From positions 3,177 to 67,176 of IMG/VR virus record IMGVR_UViG_3300026059_000005: a DNA stretch of 64,000 bases. One strand, written 5' to 3'. How positions within the stretch are numbered: the first letter of the stretch is position 1; each line of letters opens with the position of its first letter. Of this stretch, positions 27,800 to 38,360 are shown piece by piece. The DNA is from a virus (lineage: Duplodnaviria; Caudoviricetes). The position numbers and the translations under genes are program-made. The notes below the pieces were generated by a model that was not told the DNA's origin, did not search any database, and saw nothing but the letters and a program-made list of their open reading frames with translations.

Positions 27800-30192
27800 A
27801 GCTGCAAGAAAGTCCCGATCTCGTATAGGTTCATGGTTTCTCCCTCCGCGGCGTTGGTGAGCACCATCGTCATCAGATCGCTGGTGACGTCGCATGAGAA
27901 GCGGTGGCGCCTGGAGGTGTTGCTCGCCCGCTCGCCGGCCATGGAGAGCTGCTTGGTAAACTTGTGGATCTCGTTGTCGTAGACGCTGAGCGCTACGGAT
28001 CCCGCCGACTGGGCCGCCATCCGCACCAAAATCTCCGCCAGGCGCAGCACGGTGGCCTTGTGGTTGATCACCATCTCAACGGTGGATACCACGGCAGCGT
28101 CGACATCGTTGACGCCGTAGTTGAGCTGATAAACGGTGCCATCGTCAATCCCGCCGCCCACCATGACGACCGGCGCCTGGCCGGAGCCAGGCTCGATGAC
28201 GGTCGCGCAAGAGAGCTCCTGGGCCGGGGTGTCGAAGCTCCAGGTCTTGGTCGTCAGGTCGAACACCGGGAAGACGTTGCACTTGGTCGCGGTGGGCCCG
28301 GAAACCAGCCCGATCCGGATCACGTTGAAGGCGGAGTCGTGGGCGAGCCACATCTCTTGCTCGTACCCATGGCGGATGCACTCCTCCTTGGTGGGGTCAA
28401 AATAGTTCTGGATGTCGTCGGAGCATATCGAAACCGTCATCCCGTCGGTCACGCACACGCCGTACCTGGAGAGCGAGAAGGCGAGCGTCTTGATCGTTTC
28501 ATCGGTCTTGGTGGCCGTGAGCACGCCGTCGACGACGCACATCGAGTTGTTATTCATCGAGCCGATGCGAGTGGAGAGCACCAGCTTTCCGAACGTCACC
28601 GGGCTGTAGCCTTCAAAGATCGTGATGCACCCGCCCTCGACGCCTAGCTCCTGCTGCCAGACCATCAGGTCGTTGTGAAACTTGCGCATCCCCACGACCC
28701 GGTTCGCCCGGCCGTCGCCAGCTTTGAGGATCCCGTAGTCGATTCCGTTGAGAGCGAGGGGGCTGTTGGTCGCCGACACATAAATGTAGGCCCCCCAGCG
28801 GTCGAACGTATAGCAGGCGCGATCCTTCCAGACGCAGTTGGCGTACGAATTCCCCAGCTCGTTGATGTTAAAGAACGGCATCCCCTGGAAGGCGACGACG
28901 GTGTCGACCGCGATCTCCTGGCTCCAGGTGAGCTCGTACCAATAGGCCTGATACATACTGGTATGCAGCTGGTGGGGCTGGGCGGGTTTCCGCGGGAAAG
29001 TGATCCAGCCGGCCTGAGAGATGCCCACCGTGCCGTCGGTCGGCGTGCCCACGGTGGTGAACGCCGCCCCGTCCCAGTACTTGAGCGAAGAGAGCGAGCA
29101 CCCGCTGGTGTTGGGCGTGCCCCCGGGGTCCAGGTAAATGCCTTCGACCGGATCGCTGAAGGCGACGTAAACCTTTTTGCCGGAGGCGAGCTCGGAGAGG
29201 TCCACGGCGCCGGCCGCGTAGGTTTCCCATTGGCTGGTGCCCTCGACCTGGACCTCGATGCCGTAGACCGTGACCGAATCCCAGATGTTCTCGATCGGCT
29301 TCCAATCGGACGCGTAGGTGACCTGGGAGATCTCCACCTCGGAGTCGAGCGTCGCGGAAAAACGCAACTGGTACCAGTAGCCGTCCACGCCGAACGCGTA
29401 TTTGGGAATCATGTCGGTGGGCGCGGTCCAGGAGATCGTCCCGCTCTGGGCCAGGGTGGCGCCGCCGGAATCGGTGCCGTCGGTGCCCATGGTGGCCGCG
29501 GCCCAGGTGTTGTCGCTCTTCCAGTAATAAACTGCCGCGGTGGCCGTGTTGCCGTTGGGCTTGGTGACGGTCAGATTGATCGATTTGCCCGGAACCGGCA
29601 GCTTGAAAAAGATCAAGTCGAACCCGGTGGTGTAGTCGGCTAAACTGTCCAGAACCGCGACCGTGCCGTCATCCCCATCCATCACCTGGTCGGTATAGTC
29701 CTCGCCCCCCTGGGGCACATCCGGAGGCGCGGCCGCTCCGCGGAACACGATGAATTTGTCGATCGTGCTCGAAATGCCGCCGTAGATTTGGTGCTTGTCC
29801 TTGCCGTTGGAAAACAACAGCATATCCCGAATGACAGACCAGCTCGCCGGAACCTGGCCGGCCGCACCGGCGAAGATGACCGTCCCGAATGCACCGGTCG
29901 TCACGGTCGGCGGCAGGTTGGTGGCCTCCCAGATGTCGCCGTCGCTCATCTGCGCGTAGAAGTGCTTTTCGGGTACCAGGGTCTTGCTGTACTGGTAAAG
30001 GCTTTGGACCTTGTTGGTGGAATCCGGGGTGGAATGCAGCTTGCGCTGGCCCGGGCGCTGCAGGAACCCGGGGTGGGTGTTGCGGATGTTTCGCAAATAA
30101 GAGAAAGCCCCCAGGGGAAGGAGGGCTTTGTCGAGCGCCGTAATACACCCGCCCTTGAGGGGTCGGGCGTCGATCTTGGTTAAGTCTTTCAC
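27784..30192 (-). CDS. Podovirus tail nozzle/stabilisation protein (P22 gp10 / tail tubular B-like)
   Basis: 802 aa, beta-propeller-like repeats, position after the adaptor gene. Confidence 0.7.
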   Translation of the reverse strand: MKDLTKIDARPLKGGCITALDKALLPLGAFSYLRNIRNTHPGFLQRPGQRKLHSTPDSTNKVQSLYQYSKTLVPEKHFYAQMSDGDIWEATNLPPTVTTGAFGTVIFAGAAGQVPASWSVIRDMLLFSNGKDKHQIYGGISSTIDKFIVFRGAAAPPDVPQGGEDYTDQVMDGDDGTVAVLDSLADYTTGFDLIFFKLPVPGKSINLTVTKPNGNTATAAVYYWKSDNTWAAATMGTDGTDSGGATLAQSGTISWTAPTDMIPKYAFGVDGYWYQLRFSATLDSEVEISQVTYASDWKPIENIWDSVTVYGIEVQVEGTSQWETYAAGAVDLSELASGKKVYVAFSDPVEGIYLDPGGTPNTSGCSLSSLKYWDGAAFTTVGTPTDGTVGISQAGWITFPRKPAQPHQLHTSMYQAYWYELTWSQEIAVDTVVAFQGMPFFNINELGNSYANCVWKDRACYTFDRWGAYIYVSATNSPLALNGIDYGILKAGDGRANRVVGMRKFHNDLMVWQQELGVEGGCITIFEGYSPVTFGKLVLSTRIGSMNNNSMCVVDGVLTATKTDETIKTLAFSLSRYGVCVTDGMTVSICSDDIQNYFDPTKEECIRHGYEQEMWLAHDSAFNVIRIGLVSGPTATKCNVFPVFDLTTKTWSFDTPAQELSCATVIEPGSGQAPVVMVGGGIDDGTVYQLNYGVNDVDAAVVSTVEMVINHKATVLRLAEILVRMAAQSAGSVALSVYDNEIHKFTKQLSMAGERASNTSRRHRFSCDVTSDLMTMVLTNAAEGETMNLYEIGTFLQLWEPR

Positions 30193-30202
30193 CGGCCCCC
30201 CT

Positions 30203-31090
30203 TTAAATCAACAACGCGCCGTAGGATTTCGCCTCCGGGTGGAAAAACAGCTCCTCGTAATCTTGGTCCTCTTCAGGCCCGGCGTGTTCGCGGAACGCGG
30301 AAATCAGCATATCCTTGTAAGCGTCGAGCTCGTCCCTCTTGGGCTTTTCCTTGCTGATGGGGTTGAGCTTGGCGAAGATGGTCGCGCGCGGCGCGATCAG
30401 GTGGTGCGCCCACTCCGGGATTTCGGGTACCAGCCCGTAGAAGTCGCCGTCGGTCGGCTCAAATCCGGTGGCGAAGGTGACCACTCGGTTGGCGGCATAG
30501 TCGGTGATCAGCGTGTCCCATTCGGCCGTGATGTTCTCCAGCAGCATCCCGTTATAGAAATCAACGGTGGTCTTGGAGTCCTTGGGATCCAGGTGGTAGA
30601 CGGCCGGAGTGGGCGGCTCTACAATCTCAGCCGTGACAGCGAACCGGCCCTGGTGGATGTCCCGCGGCTTCTTCTTGTAGACCAGGCCGTAGGTGCCGGT
30701 GTCGGAGAGATGATCGATCACCAGGGTGCTGCCGCGTTTGTAATACACATACGCGTGCCCCTGGTCGGCCGTGCGCCGGCGCTGGACCTCTTCGATGGAA
30801 TTGACCTTGATCCCGTCAGAATTCCGCAGGAGCACCAGCTTGGAAAAATCAGAAGGCAAGGTGATCACCGAATTGACGGCGGTCAGGCTTGCCTCTGTCG
30901 TGAACGCATCCGGCCGGCGCTTGGCGATCAGCGCGTAGAGCTCGCGGATGGCGATGTTTATTTGGGCGATTAAGAACTGATTCTTATAGGCGCCGATGAC
31001 GTCGTCGCCGCTGGCCAGGGCGTCGTCGTATTCGTTTACGCCGTACCTGACCTCCTTGACCAACTCAAAACAGTTCTTGTGGTTTGACAT
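30203..31090 (-). CDS. Head-tail adaptor (tail tubular A / gp4-like)
   Basis: 295 aa; LIAQINIAIRELY...ITLPSDFSKL...IPEWAHHLI pattern of podovirus adaptors. Confidence 0.7.
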   Translation of the reverse strand: MSNHKNCFELVKEVRYGVNEYDDALASGDDVIGAYKNQFLIAQINIAIRELYALIAKRRPDAFTTEASLTAVNSVITLPSDFSKLVLLRNSDGIKVNSIEEVQRRRTADQGHAYVYYKRGSTLVIDHLSDTGTYGLVYKKKPRDIHQGRFAVTAEIVEPPTPAVYHLDPKDSKTTVDFYNGMLLENITAEWDTLITDYAANRVVTFATGFEPTDGDFYGLVPEIPEWAHHLIAPRATIFAKLNPISKEKPKRDELDAYKDMLISAFREHAGPEEDQDYEELFFHPEAKSYGALLI

Positions 31091-31116
31091 CCCATCCTCA
31101 TTTTTCGGTCACCGAT

Positions 31117-31860
31117 CTAGGCTGCCGACTGCGCTGCCGTTCTCGCCTCGAGCTCGTTGGTCGGGAATGGCATCCCATACAGCCGCTGGTACTTGTCCGC
31201 CAGCTCCTCCTGGACTTCCGGGGGTGCGGTCGTGATCTCGGTCCAGTTCTCGGCGACCCAGTTGTGGAAGTGTTTGCCGTTGATGCTGCGTGTCTTCTTG
31301 GCGAATTCCGCCCAGTAGGCGACGGCCGCCGGATCCGCCGCGGCTGCCTGGGTTCCCAGCACCTGGCCGACCATCTTGGTCAGCTGCGCGACCTGCGCCT
31401 GCAGGAGGGCCAGCGCGTCGTCCTTCTTTTGGAGCTCGCGGTCCTTGGAATCCAGCTCCTGCTTGAGGTCGGCGTGGACCCTCATGGCGTCATCGGAGCT
31501 CGAGTAGGGCTCGAACAACTTGATGCCCAGCTCCCGGGAATACTCTTTGATCTGGGCGCTCGGCACGATGTAGCCCTGCTTCTTCTGCTGGCGGTCGTCG
31601 TTCATGGTGTTGAAGTCCATGATCTGCTTCCGCTTGAATGCCATGTTACGCTCGCGGCCCTGGGCGGCCTTGCGTTGCTCGCCCTCGCCCTCGTCGCCGT
31701 ATTCAAGCGTCACCAGGCCCCTGGGGCCCATGACGTTCAACATATGGCGCCCGCGGGCGTCGTCGACGCGCACCTTGGATCCAGGCGGCAGCACGACATC
31801 CTCTCCGATGTACTGGTCCTTCAGCGTTTCGTTGGTCGGGTTGAATAGGATGATCGCCAT
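31117..31860 (-). CDS. Hypothetical head-associated protein with coiled coil
   Basis: 247 aa ORF with RBS GGAGG. Confidence 0.7.
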   Translation of the reverse strand: MAIILFNPTNETLKDQYIGEDVVLPPGSKVRVDDARGRHMLNVMGPRGLVTLEYGDEGEGEQRKAAQGRERNMAFKRKQIMDFNTMNDDRQQKKQGYIVPSAQIKEYSRELGIKLFEPYSSSDDAMRVHADLKQELDSKDRELQKKDDALALLQAQVAQLTKMVGQVLGTQAAAADPAAVAYWAEFAKKTRSINGKHFHNWVAENWTEITTAPPEVQEELADKYQRLYGMPFPTNELEARTAAQSAA

Positions 31861-31920
31861 CTTCGTTTCCTCCGGTTGGTTCTCCCGTCATACCTTTTGA
31901 CAGGCATGGTGGAAGGCGGG

Positions 31921-32388
31921 TTAGGGTTGAAAGGACACTCCGCGGGGGCGCAGGTTCACCCGGCGGAACTGCGAATTGTTCTTGCTCACGTTGGCAGCCT
32001 TGCCGAACGCCCGGGTCAGCTGGATCTTGTCGTCTTTGGTCATGTTCCGGATGTTGTCCTTGGCCTGGGCCCGCTTGTGGGCGCGGTCCTCCTCGAGGTA
32101 CTTGGCCAGGGCTTTCATGCGGTCTTTGACCGGGATCCGGTGGGTGTCGCTCGCCAGGATCTTGTTGATGTCGCGCTGATCCGGCTGGCGGAAACCCCCG
32201 GTGTCGGATTCGATCAGCAGGATCGGGACCGGCGGGCCGATCGCTCGGCGGTGGGTGACGACAAAGTGTTCATGGCCGGGCTCGTAGTGGCAGCCCAGGT
32301 CCGGAGAGATTTCCTTTAAGCGCTTCATAAAGGATCGATCCGGTGTGTACATATCATCCTCGTTGGGAATAAAGGGGTGGACGGTCAT
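31921..32388 (-). CDS. Hypothetical protein (start may be ATG 32352)
   Basis: ORF track 155 aa; AGGATG RBS before MYTPDRSF. Confidence 0.65.
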   Translation of the reverse strand: MTVHPFIPNEDDMYTPDRSFMKRLKEISPDLGCHYEPGHEHFVVTHRRAIGPPVPILLIESDTGGFRQPDQRDINKILASDTHRIPVKDRMKALAKYLEEDRAHKRAQAKDNIRNMTKDDKIQLTRAFGKAANVSKNNSQFRRVNLRPRGVSFQP

Positions 32389-32446
32389 CCCCGGCAGGAA
32401 TCACGCCCACCCCCAACGCGGGGGGTGTGCCCGCGAGCTTCAGGGT

Positions 32447-32824
32447 TTAGGTGAACGCGACCGCACCGACGTTGCTGTAAACGAACCAGCGCGTCAGGCT
32501 GATGGCCACGGCGAAAATCGCATCGTCGTTGTCAGCGAAGGTCGCCACATCATTGGTGCCGTCCCAGGTCACGCCGGCGCCGGTGGTGGCGGTGGCGTTG
32601 GTGGTCGAGTCCGGACAGATGATGGCGATCTTCTGGCCGATGAATTTCGGCGTGACGTTGGTGATGTCGATGCCGGAGCCCAGGATATGCAGCTCGTAGT
32701 CCATGTCGGCCACGGCATCCGCGCCGTAGGTCTTGGCGGCGCTTGCGAGCATGGAGCCCAGGACGTTCTCGGCGATGCCCAGCCGTTTCTGCAAAGAGGG
32801 ATCGAGGTTGCGCTGTTTGATCAT
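32447..32824 (-). CDS. Capsid decoration/minor head protein candidate
   Basis: Start ATG 32824 with RBS GGAGG; small beta protein directly after the coat gene. Confidence 0.6.
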   Translation of the reverse strand: MIKQRNLDPSLQKRLGIAENVLGSMLASAAKTYGADAVADMDYELHILGSGIDITNVTPKFIGQKIAIICPDSTTNATATTGAGVTWDGTNDVATFADNDDAIFAVAISLTRWFVYSNVGAVAFT

Positions 32825-32945
32825 GGTGGTCCTCCGATAGTTCTCCCCTGCAGGCGCAGGATACTTGGTTGAAGATGGGGGCCGGCCCAGTTGCACCGGC
32901 CCCCCCGGGGCTTAACGCCCACCGTTAGGCCTTATTGGCCATGGG

Positions 32946-34265
32946 TTATGTGTAGAGCGCGGGCTCGATCAGGTCTTTCAGGAGCACCAGGCAATTCCGT
33001 TGCTCCGCGCCCAGGTTGGTGTAGATGCGCAGGAACTGATCCCACTCATCGTAGCCAGCACGCTGGTGGATCTGCTGGTCGAGGTTGCCCCAGCCCAGCC
33101 CGGTCATCTCGTACTTCTGGATCGCCCCATCCGGCTCCATGTACACCTTGTTGGTGGCGAGATCCGGGTCGACGACGATCTTGACCAGGCCATCTCCGGC
33201 GGCGAAGGTGAGGGTTTCGTAACCGCCCCTCAACTCGGTCGGAGCAAAACGGACATCCGGCAGCAGGAGGCCGGCATACTTCCGGCGCTGGCCCAGGCCC
33301 ATGCGCATGGTCGTGATGCGTTTGCCGCTCTGGGTGCGGGCGAGGTCGATGCCCTGCAGCATCAGGTCGATGGACAGCTCGCGGTTCACGCCGCTGTTGC
33401 CCAGGACGTTGGCCTTCCACCAGGGGTTGGTGGCGACGGCGATATTCTCAAAAGTGGCCAACAACGTCCCGTCGTCATAGATGCCATCGATGCCGGTCAT
33501 CTCCACCGGTACGTTGGTGGTGGCGTGGACTGCCTCGCGGGCGCCCATCCGGACCATGAAGGATCCCTGGGCAACCGTGTCGGTCGCAACCGTGTAGGAC
33601 CGGGCCGCGATGATCGGGTGGTTGGTCTTGAAGGAGCTGTCATTCGGCTCCATCTCGATGGACTTGCCCGCGAAATCGACGCTGGCGACCCGGCTTGCGA
33701 TCGCTGACTGGTCGATGTTGCCGGCGTTGAAGAAGTCCACCAGCATCCCCGGGACAACGCGCTTGCAACCCATGTCGTTGTTCAAGGGAACGGTCCAGGT
33801 GGTGGCGGAGGTGGTGAGGGCATCCGACGCCGCGGAGAGCGTGCCCAGCAGGCCGAACCCGTCGGAAACCGACTGGCGGTTCAGGTCGTTCACCAGGGAC
33901 TGGTAGATGTCATCTACCGCATCGGAGAGGCCGTCGACAAAGGCCGCGACGTCGCCCTTGGCCGCCTCGATGGCAGGGCCGGTCAGGCGCAAGGTGCCGT
34001 AGATGTACTTGGGTTTGATGAGCCCCTGGTCGTACTTGCCGGCCAGCGGGTCAGGCAGGATCTCAGACTCGCGCCGCGCGCCGACGCCCTGGGCGCGTGC
34101 ATAGCGTGCGCCGAAAACGTAACCCAGCCCGCGGGGGGCCCGGCCGGTCTTCGGGAACTGGTTGTAGGTGGTGCGCTCGTCGGCGAACTGGGCCTGGAGG
34201 CCTGCGCCGTAAACGGTCTTGAGGGTTTCTTGGATCGCAGAAAGATCGTGATATACGCCAGCCAT
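32946..34265 (-). CDS. Major capsid protein (HK97 fold)
   Basis: 439 aa directly after the scaffold. KYIYGTLRLTGPAIEA, DLNRQ..SDGFG and YTNLGAEQRN motifs are typical of coat proteins. Confidence 0.85.
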   Translation of the reverse strand: MAGVYHDLSAIQETLKTVYGAGLQAQFADERTTYNQFPKTGRAPRGLGYVFGARYARAQGVGARRESEILPDPLAGKYDQGLIKPKYIYGTLRLTGPAIEAAKGDVAAFVDGLSDAVDDIYQSLVNDLNRQSVSDGFGLLGTLSAASDALTTSATTWTVPLNNDMGCKRVVPGMLVDFFNAGNIDQSAIASRVASVDFAGKSIEMEPNDSSFKTNHPIIAARSYTVATDTVAQGSFMVRMGAREAVHATTNVPVEMTGIDGIYDDGTLLATFENIAVATNPWWKANVLGNSGVNRELSIDLMLQGIDLARTQSGKRITTMRMGLGQRRKYAGLLLPDVRFAPTELRGGYETLTFAAGDGLVKIVVDPDLATNKVYMEPDGAIQKYEMTGLGWGNLDQQIHQRAGYDEWDQFLRIYTNLGAEQRNCLVLLKDLIEPALYT

Positions 34266-34289
34266 TGGTCTATCCTCCGGTCGTCCTCG

Positions 34290-35102
34290 TTACTTGGGCG
34301 CCCAGAGCTTGCTGATCAAGGTGTGCGCCATGGCACGGGACTCCTTTAAATTTTTCGGTTTAGTGTCGGTTGTAACCGGAGTCTGATCGCTGGCGCCGTC
34401 GGGTACCTTGGGGATCTCCACTTTGCCGTCGCGATATCGCTTGATCACGACTTGTTCGAACTCCAGCATCCGCTTGATGCCGTAGTCCTTGGCGAGCTTC
34501 TTCACCGCGGCCCTGTCTTGAATGTTCACATCGTTCACCGGGTTGTTGACTCCCATGAATTCCTGGATGAACGGGACATACTCGGAAGGCAGCTTTTCAG
34601 CTTTGACGGTGGAGGTCACAACGTCGGTGAAGGTCTTGACCGCTTTCCTGGCGGCTTCGGACTGCTGACGCTGTTTGGCCCGCTGGAGATTCTTGTTTTC
34701 CCTTTCGGCGGCCTCGCGCTCGAGGCGTGCGATCGTTTGCTCCGGTGTTTCGGAAGCCTTCAGCTTCTCTTGCTCCGCCTTCGCCCATTCGCGTTGGTAG
34801 GCGTCCAAAGTGTTCTTGGCCTTCAGCAATTCTTCCGGGTCATAGTCACCGATCTGGCCATCTCTTTCGGCGATGCGGTCAACGAATTCCGCCAGCTCCT
34901 CAGGGGAGCTCAGACCGTGCTTGTCCAGGATCGTGCTGATAAGGTCGGTTGTTGCCGGGCGGGACTCTTCCGCGGACTTCCCACCGTCCTTCGCGGCACC
35001 GTCGCCAGGAGGCTTCTCGCCCTCTGGAGGTGTACCAGGAGGAGGGGTCGATAGAAGACCCTTCGCCGCTACGTCTACTTGGGTTGAATCGAAAACTGTC
35101 AT
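34290..35102 (-). CDS. Capsid scaffolding protein
   Basis: 270 aa, charged coiled coil, between portal and coat. Confidence 0.75.
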   Translation of the reverse strand: MTVFDSTQVDVAAKGLLSTPPPGTPPEGEKPPGDGAAKDGGKSAEESRPATTDLISTILDKHGLSSPEELAEFVDRIAERDGQIGDYDPEELLKAKNTLDAYQREWAKAEQEKLKASETPEQTIARLEREAAERENKNLQRAKQRQQSEAARKAVKTFTDVVTSTVKAEKLPSEYVPFIQEFMGVNNPVNDVNIQDRAAVKKLAKDYGIKRMLEFEQVVIKRYRDGKVEIPKVPDGASDQTPVTTDTKPKNLKESRAMAHTLISKLWAPK

Positions 35103-35244
35103 GGCCTTTGCCTCCCCATTGTGGCCTACATCAAAGGCGGAACCCGCACTTGATGGGGCCGGGATTGTGGTTACGATTATGTATTACACTTCCCGTTGTA
35201 CCAATTAGATCAATCAAGCGCCAATTCAGTCAAACTCTATTTGG

Positions 35245-37527
35245 CTACGTTGCCATCGGGTTGGTCCCGGCTCCGGCCTCGGATGCCGACCCACCGCCAA
35301 CGGGTTCCCCTCCCTCGGCCAACATCTCAAGATCCTGGCCGGCGAACTGGGGCGGGATCTCACCGCCGTCGCCACCCCCTATGGGGTCGCCGAATGGGGT
35401 CTTGCCCCCTCCGCTACCGTTGCCGCCGCCTGCCACGCCCATGGCCTCCTTGGCGCCCATCGCCTGGGCCTCGTAATCAGCCGCGGCCTGCATCATCTCC
35501 TCCTGCTTTTTCTTCTCCTCCATCTGCAACGTCCACATATGATAGTCCATATGGACCAGCATGGCCTCCTGGGCGTTGGGGTCGATATGCAGGAATGCCC
35601 GGTCCATCACAAAACGCCGATGCGTTTCATAGTGGACCTGGTGATTGTCGTATTTGAAGAGCGGATCCTCGCTGATCACGATGCCATCCCCCGCGCCGTC
35701 GCCGATCGCCAGGAACAACCCGGGCACGACCGGGATCTCGACCATCTCCGGTGGGGCGTTGGGGTCGTCGGGGTCAGGGATCTCGCCCTTCCAGGTCGCG
35801 AAGTCTTCCGCCTTGATGTTGGCGACCCGTTCGTTCTCGTCGACCGCCCGCTGGGTGTCGACGTTGCTCTTGTCCTTGAACCCACTCAACCCCATCTTTT
35901 TCAGCAGCTCGATGCGGTATTCGGGATCCAGGGGGTTGTCGGCGTTGAAGAACCCGGTTTCGGTCAGCTTGATCAGCATCTGGGACTGACCGGCCTTGGT
36001 GCTCGAGATGCCGGATGAGAGCTCGATCCGGATGTCGGTGTTGTTGCGCAGGTTGGCGCCCTTGAACGTGATGGCCGCCGGCCGGCCGCCCTTGTCAGGG
36101 ATCTTGATCATCCGCTCCTCGGTGTAGCCCTCCTGGGCCAGGATCAGCTGCTTGCGCTTGACGCGCTTGAGGGCCCGGTAGAACCGGTTGACGTCCGGGA
36201 GGTGGCCTTGCTCGGCCGCATCCCTCAGGATGTCCACCATGACGCCGGAGGGGTTGCTCGAGGGGGCCTTGCCGCGGAGCACGTTCTTGGGGTCGCCGGC
36301 CGCGTCCTGGGTCGTCTGCATATGGATGGCCCGCTCTTCGAGCACCTGCTGGGGCAACGGCTTGCCGCTCTGGATCTCGGGGGCGATGCCTCCGGACAGC
36401 AGGCCGTCGAACTGCAGGACGGTCACACTCTGGCCCAGGTGGGTCTTGCGCGACATATTGACGTCGGTGCCCACCAGCACGATCGGCCGGCCGATGCCCT
36501 TGCGGTTGACCGCCAGATCCTGGTCGATGTCGTTGACCGTGTTCTGGGGGCTGATCAGGTCGTTGATTCCGCCGTCAGGCCAGTAGCGCCCGGGCACATA
36601 GTGATAGTGGAAGTCGGTGAGGCTGTATTCCCAGCGGCCGCTCTCCTCGACTTTGATCGGCAGCCGGTTGTATTTGAAGATGAACTGGTTGCCCACCATG
36701 GCCGCATAGATGCCGTTGGGGTTCTTTATGGTCGGCCGGATCTCGACCTCCTTGAAAAGCACCATGTCCTCATCGGCCAGATCGGTCATCTGGTCCAGGC
36801 CGTCGCCCTTCCAGGGGCTCACGTTGGCCACCAGCTTGGCGAGCTTGCGCTCGTAGTCGATGATCTCGCGCTCCTGGGCCTCGGCCACCGCGGAGATGTG
36901 GAACGTGTCCTCCACCCACTCCCGGGGGCGCAGGCTCTTGATGCCGATGTAGCGCTTCTTGCGGAGGGTATCGCCATAGGTGTCAAGCGACACGGCGAAG
37001 GGGCTAACGGATTCCGACACGATATTCCCGGTCGTGATGGGGTTTCCGTTCTTGTCAAAGGTCCAGGCGTCGTTCTCGGTCGAGAGATAGGTGCGGTCGA
37101 AGCCGATCCCGGTGATGATCACCCAGATCGCGATCTTCTCGCGCTCGTCCATGTGGCGCTCGTCGTCCCAGGTTTCCAGCCACCGCAGGAATTGTTCTCC
37201 CATTTCGGCCGCGACGCGATCGTCCTGGTCGTTGGAATTCGGCCAGATCGTGACCGCATACTCTTTGTTGATGATCAGGCTCTTCATGCTCCGGACATAG
37301 TCGCGGATCATGTTGGAAACCGGGGTGGGCGTGTTGATGTTGGGGATCATCCGCCGGAACGTGTTCTGGCCCCTCACCCATTCGAACCATTGTTCGCCCA
37401 GGTAATAGAGCACGTTCCGAAACCAGACGCGGTGGAGGATCTCGATCTCGGTCATCGCCTGGATGGCGAAGAGCTTGTCAAATATTTTGCGGACTTTGGT
37501 TTCGTCGATCGGGTCTTTCGCGGCCAT
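35245..37527 (-). CDS. Portal protein
   Basis: 760 aa; WFRNVLYYLGEQW, NMIRDYVR, PGRYWPDGGINDLISPQNTVN, acidic/Gly tail. Confidence 0.88.
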   Translation of the reverse strand: MAAKDPIDETKVRKIFDKLFAIQAMTEIEILHRVWFRNVLYYLGEQWFEWVRGQNTFRRMIPNINTPTPVSNMIRDYVRSMKSLIINKEYAVTIWPNSNDQDDRVAAEMGEQFLRWLETWDDERHMDEREKIAIWVIITGIGFDRTYLSTENDAWTFDKNGNPITTGNIVSESVSPFAVSLDTYGDTLRKKRYIGIKSLRPREWVEDTFHISAVAEAQEREIIDYERKLAKLVANVSPWKGDGLDQMTDLADEDMVLFKEVEIRPTIKNPNGIYAAMVGNQFIFKYNRLPIKVEESGRWEYSLTDFHYHYVPGRYWPDGGINDLISPQNTVNDIDQDLAVNRKGIGRPIVLVGTDVNMSRKTHLGQSVTVLQFDGLLSGGIAPEIQSGKPLPQQVLEERAIHMQTTQDAAGDPKNVLRGKAPSSNPSGVMVDILRDAAEQGHLPDVNRFYRALKRVKRKQLILAQEGYTEERMIKIPDKGGRPAAITFKGANLRNNTDIRIELSSGISSTKAGQSQMLIKLTETGFFNADNPLDPEYRIELLKKMGLSGFKDKSNVDTQRAVDENERVANIKAEDFATWKGEIPDPDDPNAPPEMVEIPVVPGLFLAIGDGAGDGIVISEDPLFKYDNHQVHYETHRRFVMDRAFLHIDPNAQEAMLVHMDYHMWTLQMEEKKKQEEMMQAAADYEAQAMGAKEAMGVAGGGNGSGGGKTPFGDPIGGGDGGEIPPQFAGQDLEMLAEGGEPVGGGSASEAGAGTNPMAT

Positions 37528-37930
37528 GGCGTTGAATCTCCTTCAGTCGGGATTCGATCCATTGCCGGATGGACCAGGTGGGTATGGTGATCAGATAGTG
37601 CGCATCGTCGATCGCCTCGTTGAGCTCAAAGGCCCCTTTGATTTCGATCGACCCGTTGTTCACCTTGGCGTAGATGACATCGCCAGGCTTGGTGCTGCCG
37701 TGCTCCTGGTACCAGCGCGAGATCTTGCCGGCAGTCGGCCGGCGGATGTTCTTGCGCAGGCGGTTGAATATCTCCGCGGCGATGAGCCCCTGCATATCGA
37801 ACTGAGCGGAAATGCCGCGGGACTTGGCGACCTTGGTGGGAAGCACATAGCCCTGGATCACCCATTCATAGAAGGCTACGCGCTCGACCTGGATGACGTC
37901 GGCCACTTCCTGGGTGGAGATCGGGTTCAT
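37478..37930 (-). CDS. MerR-like HTH DNA-binding protein
   Basis: ISTQEVADVIQVERVAFYEWVIQGYVLP...RG...FD pattern. Confidence 0.7.
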   Translation of the reverse strand: MNPISTQEVADVIQVERVAFYEWVIQGYVLPTKVAKSRGISAQFDMQGLIAAEIFNRLRKNIRRPTAGKISRWYQEHGSTKPGDVIYAKVNNGSIEIKGAFELNEAIDDAHYLITIPTWSIRQWIESRLKEIQRHGRERPDRRNQSPQNI

Positions 37931-38184
37931 TTATGGGCCCTCAGGACCAGCAGGAATTGTTCGAGTGCGTTGATCGCGGCGGCTTTGTCGCCCAGGTCCA
38001 CGCCCATGGGGAGCTGCTTGTCGCTCGCGCCGTTGCGGGTCTTGGGATAGCACATCCGCAGGAAATTCTTGCCCTGGGTGCTCTCGTTGTAGCGGAAGAG
38101 CCCGATCTTCCCGCCGTAGTCAGTCATCATCACGCCATCGTTGCTTCCGCCCAACAGGATCGTGTGGAGCTCTTTTGATTCCAT
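37927..38184 (-). CDS. Small protein, possibly PC4/YdbC-like ssDNA-binding fold
   Basis: 85 aa, beta-beta-beta-helix pattern (KIGLFRYNE...MGVDLGD..AAINAL); weak assignment. Confidence 0.4.
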   Translation of the reverse strand: MESKELHTILLGGSNDGVMMTDYGGKIGLFRYNESTQGKNFLRMCYPKTRNGASDKQLPMGVDLGDKAAAINALEQFLLVLRAHK

Positions 38185-38360
38185 CAGTAGCTGAATCCTT
38201 TCCGCTTGTGTTTTGGTTTGTCGGCCTTGAACCCGTGTTCGATGGCGTTCAGCAGGCGTTCCTGGGCCTTCGCGTTGCGCAGCGTCATGCCCTTGCCCTT
38301 CACGCCCTTGGGGGTGCGGACGGTGTAGCCGTCGTCCTCTTTCTCTATTTTGACTGGCAT
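38184..38360 (-). CDS. Small basic hypothetical protein (58 aa, below the track cutoff)
   Basis: Manual translation MPVKIEKEDDGYTVRTPKGVKGKGMTLRNAKAQERLLNAIEHGFK...; RBS GGAGGG; stop overlaps the next ATG. Confidence 0.7.
   Translation of the reverse strand: MPVKIEKEDDGYTVRTPKGVKGKGMTLRNAKAQERLLNAIEHGFKADKPKHKRKGFSY

Noticed and set aside
32390-32945. GC hairpins flanking the decoration gene (about 32400-32435 and 32880-32915) as terminators
   Set aside because: No U-tract on the coding strand; at most mRNA-stability elements, too weak to call.
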